59,516 nt of DNA from Chthoniobacteraceae bacterium (GTDB lineage: Bacteria; Verrucomicrobiota; Verrucomicrobiia; Chthoniobacterales; Chthoniobacteraceae): assembly GCA_031409335.1 (NCBI GenBank), contig JANNWY010000317.1:1-59516 (forward strand), given 5' to 3'. Positions 16,218 through 26,152 of the stretch are shown piece after piece. The position numbers and the translations under genes were made by a program. Within the stretch, counting starts at the first letter, position 1. The number at the start of each line of letters is the position of its first letter. The notes below the pieces were generated by a model that saw only the letters and a list, made by a program, of their open reading frames with translations, ran no database searches and was not told the DNA's origin.

Positions 16218-17501
16218 ATGAGTGAACTCCTTTTACGCGGTGGCCGCGTTATCGACCCCGCGAACAAACGCGATGAAATCGCCGACCTCCTCATCGTGAA
16301 TGGGTGCATCGCGGAGAAATCTGAAATCGAAAATCTGAAATCTGAAATTGAGGAGATCGACGCCACCGGCCTCATCGTCGCGCCCGGCCTCATCGACTTG
16401 CACGTTCACTTTCGCGAGCCTGGACAGTCGGCGAAGGAGACGATCGCGAGCGGCGCGCGGTGCGCGGCGGCGGGCGGTTTTACGAGCGTGGTTTGTATGC
16501 CGAATACTTCGCCCGCTATCGACAGCCCGAGCGTAGTCGCGTGGGTGAAAGACAAGGCGCGCGATGAAGCGTGCGTGAATGTTTTCGTCGCGGGCGCGAT
16601 CACCAAAGGCATCGCAGGCGAGGAACTCGCGCCGATCGGCTCGATGCACAAGGCGGGCATCGTGGCGCTCACCGATGACGGGCACTGCATTCAGAATCAC
16701 CAAGTCATGCGCCGTGCGCTCGAATATGCGCGCATGTTCGGCCTCACCGTCATGGACCATTGCCAAGACTACAATCTCGTCGGCAAAGGCGTGATGCATG
16801 AAGGCTTCGTCAGCACCGTGCTCGGGCTGCCTGGCTGGCCAGCGGCAGGCGAGGAAATCATCGTGCAGCGGAATGCGTTGCTCGCCGAGTTGTGCGACTC
16901 GCCGATTCATTGCCAGCATCTCAGCGCGGGCGGGAGCGTCCGTATTTTGCGCGAAGCGCGGGCGCGCGGCGTGAAGCTGAGCGGCGAAGTCTGCACGCAT
17001 CACATCGCGCTCACCGACGAGTCGATCCGCGCGTTCGATACGAATTTCAAAATGAACCCACCGCTACGCACCCAGCGCGACATCGACGCGCTGATCGAAG
17101 GCATCGCCGAAGGCACGATCACCGTGCTCGCGAGCGATCACGCGCCGCATTGCAACTATGAGAAGGAAGTCGAGTTCGACCTCGCGCCTTTCGGCATCCT
17201 CGGACTCGAAACCGAACTTGGCCTTTTCCTCGACATCCTCGTTCACAAAACAAAGGCGATCGGGCTGCCGCGGCTCATCGAAATGCTCACCATCGAACCC
17301 GCGCGCCTGCTCGGCATCGACCGCGGCACGCTGAGTGTCGGCGCACCCGGTGATGTAACGCTGATCGACTCCAGCCGCGAATGGACGGTGGACAAAGAAC
17401 GGAGCCAATCGCGCAGCCGCAACACACCTTTCCACGGATGGGAAATCAAAGGCCGCGCGGTGCGGACGATTGTGGGCGGGAAGACGGTTTGGTCCTTGTA
17501 G
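16218..17501 (+). CDS. pyrC: Dihydroorotase (multifunctional-complex type)
   Basis: PGLIDLHVHFREPG, MPNT.P, KMNPPLR, ASDHAPH, SRNTPF.G. Confidence 0.96.
   Translation: MSELLLRGGRVIDPANKRDEIADLLIVNGCIAEKSEIENLKSEIEEIDATGLIVAPGLIDLHVHFREPGQSAKETIASGARCAAAGGFTSVVCMPNTSPAIDSPSVVAWVKDKARDEACVNVFVAGAITKGIAGEELAPIGSMHKAGIVALTDDGHCIQNHQVMRRALEYARMFGLTVMDHCQDYNLVGKGVMHEGFVSTVLGLPGWPAAGEEIIVQRNALLAELCDSPIHCQHLSAGGSVRILREARARGVKLSGEVCTHHIALTDESIRAFDTNFKMNPPLRTQRDIDALIEGIAEGTITVLASDHAPHCNYEKEVEFDLAPFGILGLETELGLFLDILVHKTKAIGLPRLIEMLTIEPARLLGIDRGTLSVGAPGDVTLIDSSREWTVDKERSQSRSRNTPFHGWEIKGRAVRTIVGGKTVWSL
16317..16350 (+). repeat. Heptamer tandem repeat inside the pyrC coding sequence
   Basis: AAATCTG AAATCGA AAATCTG AAATCTG AAATTG, read as KSEIENLKSEI. 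Confidence 0.85.
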
Positions 17502-17552
17502 GGTGGCGAGTTTGTGAAGGTTTCGGGTGGGTGCGTCATGGCCATTGATGAA

Positions 17553-17647
17553 GTTGGCGTTTGGCGTTGAGCCCGTCGCAGGCGCTGCTCAATTCGGATT
17601 GCGCAATCGCACTCGTGCCGCCGCCGCGCGGAGATTCAACGCCAAAC
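17553..17647. repeat. Inverted repeat between convergent genes
   Basis: GTTTGGCGTTGA (17559-17570) pairs with TCAACGCCAAAC (17636-17647); there is an internal palindrome GATTGCGCAATC. Confidence 0.65.
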
Positions 17648-19461
17648 TACTTCGGCGCGGGGGCTGGCGGTTTCATCCCCGCACCAAGGAAGTAACCCGT
17701 GTGCGCAGGCTGATTGTAGCCCACGTTTTGCCACGCGATGCTCAGGCGGTAATGCGGGTCGTGCATCAAAGTCGGGAGCCGATGCGTGGTCGGGATCGTG
17801 GTGGTGAAGATGCGCAGTTCGCGTGCGTCGCGCGTGCGCCAGATCACTTCCTCGCGCCAGTCGCCGAGGATGTCCGCGCACAGACTCGGGTTGGATTTGC
17901 TGCCATTGTTCGACGCGCAGCCGAAGTCGCTCGCGGACAAGATCGGAACCTCGCGACCGTTTTCAAAATCCCACTTCGAGATCGTCGTGCCGCTCAGGAG
18001 TTCGCGCAGAAAATCGCCGTCCCACCACACCGCCATATTGCACGAGCGCGGTCGCGGCCCGATGTCGTTGCCCTTGGAATCGTAGAGCGAATCGAGACCT
18101 GGACCGCCTGCCCAGACTTCGTGGCCGGGATGTCGCGGGTCGATGTCGAACGCGACGCCGCGGCCCACGTCGGGCGATTTTTTCGTCCACAGCGGCTTGC
18201 CCGTTTTCGCGTCGCGAAAGTCGATGCCGACATCGCCGCGGACATGCTCGTGAATGCCGAAGATCTCCAGCCCTGGATGCTCGGGATCGAGATCGGAAAC
18301 GTGGAGCGCATCGCCATGGCCGAAGCCCGTGTTCCACAGACCCTTGCCGTCGTCATCCACGCACATCGCGCCATAGACGATCTCATCGCGCCCGTCGCCA
18401 TCGACATCGCCGACGCTCAAATTGTGATTTCCCTGACCCGCGAAAGCGAGATTCCCCGGCGTGCCATCGTGCGTGTCGAACACCCAGCGTTGCGTCAGCT
18501 TTCCCCCGCGCCAATCCCACGCCGCGAGCACCGTGCGCGTGTAGTAGCCGCGGCACATCACGAGGCTCGGCCGCTCGCCATCGAGGTAAGCCACGCACGC
18601 GAGAAAACGGTCCACGCGATTCCCATACCCATCGCCCCAATCCGCGACCCGTCCACGCGGCGGAACGTAGTCCGCGGTCGCCAGCGCCGCGCCCGTCTTC
18701 CCGTCGAAGATCGTGAGAAACTCCGGCCCATCGAGAATGTAGCCGCGCGCATTGCGATGATCGGCCTTCGCGTCGCCGATCGTTTTTCCCGCGCCATCGA
18801 TCGTCCCATCCGCCGTCTTGCACGCGATCTCCGCGCGCCCATCGCCATCGAAATCGTACACGAGAAACTGCGTGTAGTGCGCGCCTTCGCGGATGTTGCG
18901 GCCAAGATTGATCCGCCACAGCAGCGTCCCATCGAGCCGGTAGGCTTCGAGGATCGGCGGCTCCGTTTGGCCCGCCTGCGAGTTATCCCGCCCGCGCGCC
19001 GCTTGATGCAGCACGATCTCGTATTCCCCATCGCCATCGAGATCGCCGACCGACGCATCGTTCGGCGTATAGCCCGGCGGCGTTTGCAGCGGGATCGCGA
19101 GATGCGGCACGCGCGCCGCATTTTCTTTTCGGGAAAAACGCGCGCTGTCTTTTCCCTCGACCGCGTTTTCGACGGGCCGCACGAACCACGCGTTCGCCTT
19201 GTCCGCCGGCGATCCATCGTCCGCAAAACACGTCGCGTCGCGCAGCGGCTCTGCGTTCAGCTTCACCGGCACACCGTCCTCCGTCGCGCGATACACATTA
19301 AACGCCACGCCCTCCGCATCCGTCCCGAGCAAGCGCCAGCTCACAAAAACTTTCCCATCGCCCTGCGCCAGCGCCACCACGCCGCGCCCCAGCTTTTCCA
19401 TCTGCCGCTGCGCGTGCGCAGTTCCCAGCGCGACCAGCAGCAGGGCGATGATAATTTTCAA
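17647..19461 (-). CDS. Rhamnogalacturonan lyase (PL11, YesW/YesX-like), secreted
   Basis: Signal peptide, then QRQMEKLGRGVVA, VSWRLLGTD, NIREGAHYTQF, GNRVDRF, GQGNHNLSV, GHGDALH, WQNVGYNQP.H. Confidence 0.95.
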   Translation of the reverse strand: MKIIIALLLVALGTAHAQRQMEKLGRGVVALAQGDGKVFVSWRLLGTDAEGVAFNVYRATEDGVPVKLNAEPLRDATCFADDGSPADKANAWFVRPVENAVEGKDSARFSRKENAARVPHLAIPLQTPPGYTPNDASVGDLDGDGEYEIVLHQAARGRDNSQAGQTEPPILEAYRLDGTLLWRINLGRNIREGAHYTQFLVYDFDGDGRAEIACKTADGTIDGAGKTIGDAKADHRNARGYILDGPEFLTIFDGKTGAALATADYVPPRGRVADWGDGYGNRVDRFLACVAYLDGERPSLVMCRGYYTRTVLAAWDWRGGKLTQRWVFDTHDGTPGNLAFAGQGNHNLSVGDVDGDGRDEIVYGAMCVDDDGKGLWNTGFGHGDALHVSDLDPEHPGLEIFGIHEHVRGDVGIDFRDAKTGKPLWTKKSPDVGRGVAFDIDPRHPGHEVWAGGPGLDSLYDSKGNDIGPRPRSCNMAVWWDGDFLRELLSGTTISKWDFENGREVPILSASDFGCASNNGSKSNPSLCADILGDWREEVIWRTRDARELRIFTTTIPTTHRLPTLMHDPHYRLSIAWQNVGYNQPAHTGYFLGAGMKPPAPAPK

Positions 19462-19471
19462 AGTGCAGCGA

Positions 19472-20266
19472 CTACGGTTTCCAATCCATCGGCGTCGCCG
19501 CGAGAAATCCCGCCAGCGGGCAGTCTTTCAATCCCTTGATCCCCTCGATGACCGAAGCCGCATTCACCTTCGCGCCCGCCGCGAGCGTGTGCGTGTGATC
19601 CTTTTCGCTGAAAAATTCCGTCTTCACTTTCTCCTGACCGAGTTCCTCGTAATGCCCCGCCACGATCTCATTCAGATCAATAAAAAGCGCGCCGCCCGCT
19701 ACCGCGGCTTCCCTCGCCCACTTCCCGTAGTCGCGCGAAGCCCGCGAAACTTTCCCGTTCCTCCAGATATTGCGCGGGATTTGCGAAAGCACGATCGGCG
19801 TCGCGCCCTTCGCCTTCGCGTCCGCGATGTATTTGCGCAGATACCATCCGTAACTCTGCACCGTCTCCGCCTTGTCGCCGCCCTCCTGCGTCTCATCGCC
19901 ATTGCCCTTGAGCGACGCGCGCCCCTTCGGCCCCGTCAGCGGCCCGCCATCATTATGTCCAAACTGCATCATCACGAAATCCCCCGGCTTCAATTCCGCC
20001 GCGACCTTTTCCCAAAGCCCCTCCGTCAAAAACGTGCGGCTGCTCCGCCCGCCGCGCGCGCGATTCAAGACCTTGATTTTCGCCGGATCGAAAGACCCCG
20101 CTAGGGGTGCGCCCCATCCCCAAAGTCCGCCATCGCCCCTGCCGCTCCCATTGCTCACCGTCGAATCCCCGATCAGCCAAAGCGCCGGCATATCTGCCCC
20201 GGACGCGGAAATCGCGAGAGTCGTGAGAGCGAAAAGAAACGCGCGGAGTTTTGGCAGAAAGTGCAT
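19472..20266 (-). CDS. Rhamnogalacturonan acetylesterase (SGNH/GDSL, CE12-like), secreted
   Basis: IGDSTV, NRARGGRSSRTF, QFGHND, DHTH; signal peptide. Confidence 0.92.
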   Translation of the reverse strand: MHFLPKLRAFLFALTTLAISASGADMPALWLIGDSTVSNGSGRGDGGLWGWGAPLAGSFDPAKIKVLNRARGGRSSRTFLTEGLWEKVAAELKPGDFVMMQFGHNDGGPLTGPKGRASLKGNGDETQEGGDKAETVQSYGWYLRKYIADAKAKGATPIVLSQIPRNIWRNGKVSRASRDYGKWAREAAVAGGALFIDLNEIVAGHYEELGQEKVKTEFFSEKDHTHTLAAGAKVNAASVIEGIKGLKDCPLAGFLAATPMDWKP

Positions 20267-20325
20267 GGGCAAACTGGTGTGGCAGCAGGAAAGAACCGTA
20301 TCGAGCCCGCGAATTTGCGCACGAA

Positions 20326-20622
20326 TCAGTCTTCCAATGGCGCGAGCCGCCGCCGGAAAAACACCGCAACATTTCCCACGCGCATCACCACCTCGCTCCC
20401 GCTTTTTTCCGCCAGGAGCGGCGTCAGCGTCTTCTTTTCCTCCTTAAAATCACTGAAGCGCACCTTCACGAGTTCATGATCCGTCAGAGCGCGATCCAGG
20501 CTCGCGAGAAATTCCGGCGTCACTCCGGCGTGACCAACTTTGAGGATCGGTTCGAGCCGCTGCGCCCGCGCCTTGAGATCACGCTTTGCAGCGTTGGTAA
20601 GTGATGGATTCGGATCGGCCAT
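20326..20622 (-). CDS. yhbY: YhbY/CRM RNA-binding protein
   Basis: LKARAQRLEPILKVGHAG, HELVKVRF, VGNVAVFFR. Confidence 0.88.
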   Translation of the reverse strand: MADPNPSLTNAAKRDLKARAQRLEPILKVGHAGVTPEFLASLDRALTDHELVKVRFSDFKEEKKTLTPLLAEKSGSEVVMRVGNVAVFFRRRLAPLED

Positions 20623-20818
20623 AGTCGGAATGCTACGGCGCAGGAATCCGCAAAGCGCGGCATTTTTTTGCCCGGACATGCGGTATTCGGCAACTGGCAA
20701 TTCCGTAGCCTTGCGCCCGTCGCGAAACGCCAGCACCCTCTGAGCTGAGTTCGGATTTTAGCGAGGGTCCGAAAGGCGCGCAATCCACCGCCGTTTCTGG
20801 GAAAAGCCCGACACGCTC

Positions 20819-22591
20819 CTACAGCCGCGAGATCAGTAGCTCGCGCTGGAATATGAGCTCTTTCGGCAGGCGGTCGTGCAGGGTGACGAACAGTTCGGTT
20901 TGGGAAATGAGTTCGCGCTGCCATTCAATGGGGTCGATTTTCATGCACTCGACGAATTGCTCGCGCGAGTAGTCCGAGCCAGTCCAGTCGAACTCGCGGT
21001 AGCGCGGCATCCAGCCGACCTGCGTCTCGCGGGCGGGGGCGCGGCCGTGGGTGCGGTCGATGATCCAGCGGAGGACGCGGAAGTTTTCGCCGAAGCCGGG
21101 CCAGAGGAATTTGTCGTCCGCGCTTTTGCGGAACCAGTTCACGTGGAAGATGCGTGGCGGATCGCTGAGGTCGCGGCGGATGCCGAGCCAGTGGTTGAAG
21201 TAGTCGCCCATGTTGTAGCCGCAGAAGGGGAGCATCGCCATCGGATCGCGGCGCACCTGGCCGACGGTGCCAGCGGCGGCGGCGGTCATTTCGCTGCCCA
21301 TCGTCGCGCCGAGATAGACGCCGTGGATCCAATTGAATGACTGGAAGACGAGCGGCATCGTGGTGGCGCGGCGTCCGCCGAAAATGATCGCGCTGATCGG
21401 GACGCCGGCAGGATCGAGGGCTTCGGGCGCGAGCACGGGATTGTTCCGCATCGGCGCGGTGAAGCGGCTGTTGGGATGCGCGGCTTTTTCCTTTGAGTCC
21501 GGCGCCCACGGATTGCCTTTCCAGTCGAGCAGACCCGCGGGCGCGGGTTCGTCCTTGCCTTCCCACCACACGTCCAAATCGGGCGTGAGCGCGACGTTCG
21601 TGTAGATCGTGTCGCGCGCGATGGTGCGCATCGCGTTCGGGTTTGATTTGTAGTTCGTCCCCGGCGCGACGCCGAAATATCCGGCCTCGGGATTGATCGC
21701 GTAGAGTCTTCCATCCGGTCCGGGCTTCATCCACGCGATGTCGTCGCCGATGGTCGTGATTTTCCATCCGGGAAATTCGGCGGGCGGAATGAGCATCGCA
21801 AAATTCGTCTTGCCGCACGCGCTCGGGAACGCCGCCGCGACATATGTTTTTTCACCATCCGGCGATTCGACGCACAGGATGAGCATGTGCTCCGCCATCC
21901 AGCCCTGATTGCGGCCGAGGTAGGAGCCGATGCGCAGCGCGAGGCATTTTTTCCCGAGCAACACGTTGCCGCCGTAGCCGGAGCCGACGGAGATGATCGT
22001 GTTATCCTGCGGAAAGTGGCAGATGAAACGCCGGTCAGGATTGCAGTCGAGGACGCTGTGGATGCCGTGGTTGAAGTCGTCGCTGTCGCCGAGTTGATCG
22101 AGCGCCGCATTTCCCATCCGCGACATGATGCGCATGTTCAGCACGACGTAAATCGAGTCGGTGATTTCCACGCCCACTTTCGTCAGCGGCGAACCTGGCG
22201 GGCCCATCAAATAGGGAACGACGAACATCGTGCGCCCCTTCATCGCGCCTTGCAGGAGGCCGTACATTTTTTCGTAAGTCTCCTTTGGCGGCGCCCAGTT
22301 ATTCGTCGGCCCGGCGCCGTGCTTTGCCACCGTGCAGATGAAGGTGAACTGCTCGACGCGCGCCACGTCGTTCGGATTCGAGCGGTGGTAGTAGCAGCCG
22401 GGCAGTTTCTTCTGGTTCAGCTTGATGAGCACGCCTTCATCGACGGCGCGCTGCGTCAGGTAGTCCTTTTCTTCCTCCGATCCGTCGCACCAAAAAATCG
22501 AGTCTGGCTCGCACAGCGCGCGGATTTTTTCCACCCACGCCTGAAGCGCGGCGTTTGCTGGAAGGATCGTTCCCTTTGTCGTTTTATCCAT
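20819..22591 (-). CDS. pckG: Phosphoenolpyruvate carboxykinase (GTP)
   Basis: [54 protein letters not shown]. Confidence 0.97.
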   Translation of the reverse strand: MDKTTKGTILPANAALQAWVEKIRALCEPDSIFWCDGSEEEKDYLTQRAVDEGVLIKLNQKKLPGCYYHRSNPNDVARVEQFTFICTVAKHGAGPTNNWAPPKETYEKMYGLLQGAMKGRTMFVVPYLMGPPGSPLTKVGVEITDSIYVVLNMRIMSRMGNAALDQLGDSDDFNHGIHSVLDCNPDRRFICHFPQDNTIISVGSGYGGNVLLGKKCLALRIGSYLGRNQGWMAEHMLILCVESPDGEKTYVAAAFPSACGKTNFAMLIPPAEFPGWKITTIGDDIAWMKPGPDGRLYAINPEAGYFGVAPGTNYKSNPNAMRTIARDTIYTNVALTPDLDVWWEGKDEPAPAGLLDWKGNPWAPDSKEKAAHPNSRFTAPMRNNPVLAPEALDPAGVPISAIIFGGRRATTMPLVFQSFNWIHGVYLGATMGSEMTAAAAGTVGQVRRDPMAMLPFCGYNMGDYFNHWLGIRRDLSDPPRIFHVNWFRKSADDKFLWPGFGENFRVLRWIIDRTHGRAPARETQVGWMPRYREFDWTGSDYSREQFVECMKIDPIEWQRELISQTELFVTLHDRLPKELIFQRELLISRL

Positions 22592-22719
22592 CCTAGCAGA
22601 ATCACAAAAGTCGCGGCGAACGCAAGGCGCGCGGCATGGCGATTCTTGGGAAATGCCGCACCGCAATTGTGCGCAACGTCACGTTTGCCGCGATGGACAA
22701 TGCTGTGTTACTTACCGCC

Positions 22720-23550
22720 ATGTTTGTCGCGCCCAACGAAGATCAGGAGCCCATGTTCTGGTTCCGGGGATACCCGGTTTTCGCCACCTATTTCATCGTC
22801 GCCATTTATGTGGCGTCCATGGTGATCGGGACCGTGGCCGGTCCCGCGATGATGAGCGCGGGCGTCGCGACGCTTGGATTTTTCAGCGAACTCGTCCATC
22901 GCGGCGAAGTGTGGCGCATCCTCACTTACGGGCTCATCAATCCGCCGAGCATCCCGTTCGTGATCGACATGGTGATCATCGTTTGGTTTGGGCGCGATTT
23001 GGAGCGGTTCTTCGGGCGGGCAAAGTTCCTGCGTTTTTACGCGATCCTCTATTTGCTGACGCCGCTCGTCTTCACCGTACTCGGTTTCATACGCCCGATG
23101 GCGATCTCCGGCGAGACTGGCGGCTTCGCACTTTTCATCGCGTTCGCGGCGCTTTATCCGGGCGCGATGATGTTCCTCCGGCTCGAAGCGCGGTGGATCG
23201 CGGTCGTGCTGGTGGCGATCTACACGCTGCAAAATGTTTTCGCGCGGGACACCGCCGGGCTCATCGCACTGTGGGTGAATGTGGGCTTCGCGGTGGGTTT
23301 CATCCGGCATTCGCAGGGTCGGCTCGAACTCCCGCCCTTCAAGCTCCCCGCTTTCGGGCGCCGCCAAAAGTTGCGCGTGCTCCCGGATCCGCCGGCGCGC
23401 AGACGGGATTCGCCGGAAACCGACGCGATGTCCGATGTGGATGGATTGCTGGATAAGATCGCCCGCTCCGGCATGGCGAGCCTCAGCGCGAAAGAGCGCG
23501 CCCGACTGGAAAAAGCGCGCGAAGCCTTGATGAAAAAAGATCGCGAGTGA
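22720..23550 (+). CDS. Rhomboid-family membrane protein with C-terminal soluble domain
   Basis: GEVWRILTY, FGRDLERFFG, multiple TM helices, C-terminal VD.LLDKI.RSG..SLS..ER..LE; the catalytic residues look altered. Confidence 0.75.
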   Translation: MFVAPNEDQEPMFWFRGYPVFATYFIVAIYVASMVIGTVAGPAMMSAGVATLGFFSELVHRGEVWRILTYGLINPPSIPFVIDMVIIVWFGRDLERFFGRAKFLRFYAILYLLTPLVFTVLGFIRPMAISGETGGFALFIAFAALYPGAMMFLRLEARWIAVVLVAIYTLQNVFARDTAGLIALWVNVGFAVGFIRHSQGRLELPPFKLPAFGRRQKLRVLPDPPARRRDSPETDAMSDVDGLLDKIARSGMASLSAKERARLEKAREALMKKDRE

Positions 23551-23572
23551 GGCAGGAACCAGGAGTGCAGAC

Positions 23573-25027
23573 TCAACTTCCCCGGAACAAATCCGGATTC
23601 GCATCCTGCTCGGCGAGCAAGTTTGCGCGGTGCTTCCGGCGTTCCATGATGAATTTATCGACGCTCGCATCGACGGGAACGGGGTATTCGCCGTTGAAGC
23701 AGGCGAGGCAGAAATTTTTCTCGTCCTGGCCAGTCGCTTTCACCATTCCCTCGACATCAAGATAGCCGATGGAGTCCGCGCCGAGGTAGTCGCGGATTTC
23801 GTCGAGGGTGTGCTGGTTGGCGATGAGCTTTTCGGGGTCGGGAAAGTCGATACCGTAGTGGCAGGCATGGCGGTGCGGGGGGCAGGAAATGCGCATGTGG
23901 ACTTCCCTGGCACCGGCTTCGCGCAGGTTCACGACGCGGGCGCGGGCGGTGGTGCCGCGGACGATGCTGTCATCGACGACGACGACGCGTTTTCCAAACA
24001 CCGCCTCTTTGATAAGGTTGAGCTTCACGCGCACGTTGAAGTCGCGGATGAGCTGCGTGGGCTGGAGGAAGGTGCGGCCGATGTAATGATTGCGGACGAA
24101 GGCGTGGTTGTATTCGATGCCGAGTTCTTCGGCGAAACCGAGCGCGGCGTAGTTGCCTGAGTCGGGGACGGGGACGACGAGGTCGGCATCGACGGGGTGC
24201 AGCCGGGCGAGTTCGCGGCCCATCGCGGTGCGGACTTTGGCGACGTTGATGTTGTCGATGATCGAGTCGGGCCGCGCGAAATAGACGTACTCGAACATGC
24301 AGAACGCGCGCTTTTCCGCATTGAACGGGAACTCGGAGCGCAGGCCATTTTCGTCGATGATGACGACTTCGCCGGGTTCCAACTCGCGGACGAATTCCGC
24401 GTGAATGAGATCGAACGCGCAAGTTTCCGAGGAGAGCACCCACGCGCCATCGAGCTTGCCGAGCGCGAGTGGGCGGAAGCCAAAGGGATCGCGCACGCCG
24501 ATGAGTTCGCGCTCGCTCATCATCACGAGCGAGTACGCGCCCTGGATGCGGCGGAGCGCGGCGAGCACGCTATTTTGGCCACTGGGCTGGGCGAGCAGGT
24601 GGAGGATGATTTCGCTATCGACAGTCGTCTGGAAAATGGAGCCGCGCTGTTCGAGTTCGTCGCGCAAGAGGGCGGCGTTGGTGAGATTGCCATTGTGGCC
24701 GATCGCGATCTGGCCGCGGCCGGTGCTGAAAGTGAGCGGCTGCGCATTCACCAAAGTGGACGATCCCGTGGTCGAATAGCGCACGTGCCCGATGGCGCGG
24801 GTGCCCTTCAAGCGCTCCAAATCCGCGGCGGAAAAAACCTGCGAGACGAGCCCCATCGCGACGTGCCGCTGGAAGGGCGTGTTCGGCCCCGCCGCGGTGA
24901 CGATGCCCGCGCTTTCCTGCCCGCGATGCTGGAGCGCGAAGAGTCCGTAGTAGGTCAGGACGGCGGCGTTTGGGTGACCGAAAACGGCGAAAACGCCGCA
25001 CTCATGAGTTGGTTTGTGGTGCTTCAC
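23573..25027 (-). CDS. purF: Amidophosphoribosyltransferase
   Basis: Propeptide then ECGVF, LQHRGQE, GHVRYST, VVVDDSIVRGTT, Fe-S cysteines. Confidence 0.97.
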   Translation of the reverse strand: MKHHKPTHECGVFAVFGHPNAAVLTYYGLFALQHRGQESAGIVTAAGPNTPFQRHVAMGLVSQVFSAADLERLKGTRAIGHVRYSTTGSSTLVNAQPLTFSTGRGQIAIGHNGNLTNAALLRDELEQRGSIFQTTVDSEIILHLLAQPSGQNSVLAALRRIQGAYSLVMMSERELIGVRDPFGFRPLALGKLDGAWVLSSETCAFDLIHAEFVRELEPGEVVIIDENGLRSEFPFNAEKRAFCMFEYVYFARPDSIIDNINVAKVRTAMGRELARLHPVDADLVVPVPDSGNYAALGFAEELGIEYNHAFVRNHYIGRTFLQPTQLIRDFNVRVKLNLIKEAVFGKRVVVVDDSIVRGTTARARVVNLREAGAREVHMRISCPPHRHACHYGIDFPDPEKLIANQHTLDEIRDYLGADSIGYLDVEGMVKATGQDEKNFCLACFNGEYPVPVDASVDKFIMERRKHRANLLAEQDANPDLFRGS

Positions 25028-25136
25028 GCGGGATCGGAAGAGGCGGAGAGTAGCGGCGGCGGGAGGCGGGTCAAGCGGTGTCAGGCTTCACGCGAAAATG
25101 CTTGAGAAGGCGCGCGATTTTCGGCGAAGCAGCGGG

Positions 25137-25559
25137 ATGTCAAAAGCCGCGCAATACTGGATGGTGAAGTCGGAACCAGCCGCCTACTCGTGGGAGGATT
25201 TCGCGAAAGAAGGACGCGCGGCGTGGACGGGTGTGCGCAACTACCAGGCGCGGATCAACCTCCGGGCGATGCGCGTCGGCGACCCGGTTTTGTTTTACCA
25301 CAGCGTCGTGGGAAAAGAGGTCGTGGGAATCGCGAAGGTGGCCGCGACCGCGTATCGCGACCCGACCGCGACCGAGGGTGACTGGGATTGCGTGGATCTC
25401 GTGCCGTGCAAACCACTGAAACGGCCCGTGACGCTGGCGGAGATCAAGGCCACGCCGTCCCTCGCGAAGATCGCGCTGCTTCGGCAGTCGAGGCTCTCGG
25501 TGATGCCGCTGTCGCCAGCGGAATACGAGGCGATTGTCGGATTGGGTTTGCACGCCTAG
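25137..25559 (+). CDS. EVE domain protein
   Basis: YWMVKSEP..YSW, WTGVRNYQAR, LFYHS, RLSV.P. Confidence 0.93.
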   Translation: MSKAAQYWMVKSEPAAYSWEDFAKEGRAAWTGVRNYQARINLRAMRVGDPVLFYHSVVGKEVVGIAKVAATAYRDPTATEGDWDCVDLVPCKPLKRPVTLAEIKATPSLAKIALLRQSRLSVMPLSPAEYEAIVGLGLHA

Positions 25560-25625
25560 CCGCCCCGGTGCGGGGGATTGGAATTCGTTGACGCGGCCCA
25601 TTTCACAGCGAATGTTCGCGCCGTT

Positions 25626-26114
25626 ATGAAAATCCTCCTGTGTGTCTTAGGCGGCGTGATTTGTGTCGGATACTATTTCACGCGGCAGCAAACTCAGGTC
25701 AATGTGCGGGAAGCCATCGAGAATCGCGGCGCGATCGTCGGGATGACTCAGGTCGATGTGCGGAGATCGCTCGGCGAGCCGCTGATGACGAAGACCGTGG
25801 AGAAGGTGTTTGGGAATGAGACGATGCTGACTTTTGCGGATGGGAATGAAGTGACCTTTCGCTCCGGCAAAGCGGTGAGGATTCAGTCGGTGAAGATGAG
25901 CGAAGAATTCGCGGAAGCGCGGAAGTCGCTGGTGAACAGCCGCGAGACGGGAACGGCGGCTGGAAAATCCCGCCTGAAGGGAACCGCGCTGGACAGGGCG
26001 CCATACACCACGCGAAACGGTGAGGTGTTCTACTCCGGCAATGCCGATGGGAGCAAACTCGGCACCATCACCGAAAGTGATCGGCGGCAGGATATGCACG
26101 GTAAGAAAAAGTAG
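25626..26114 (+). CDS. Hypothetical N-terminally anchored protein
   Basis: Hydrophobic N-terminus; GMT..DV..SLGEP motif reminiscent of SmpA/BamE-like domains. Confidence 0.55.
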   Translation: MKILLCVLGGVICVGYYFTRQQTQVNVREAIENRGAIVGMTQVDVRRSLGEPLMTKTVEKVFGNETMLTFADGNEVTFRSGKAVRIQSVKMSEEFAEARKSLVNSRETGTAAGKSRLKGTALDRAPYTTRNGEVFYSGNADGSKLGTITESDRRQDMHGKKK

Positions 26115-26152
26115 GGGCGGATTCGATTTTCGGGAAAACGAACCGGCAGGTC

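Noticed and set aside
17527..19539. 670-aa plus-strand ORF
   Set aside because: Antisense shadow of the PL11 lyase; Arg/Ala-rich with no motifs, as expected at high GC.
20693..20708. GG-N10-GC motif TGGCAATTCCGTAGCC
   Set aside because: Points into the antisense strand of pckG with no downstream gene and has a poor -12 element; it shows the chance background for such motifs.
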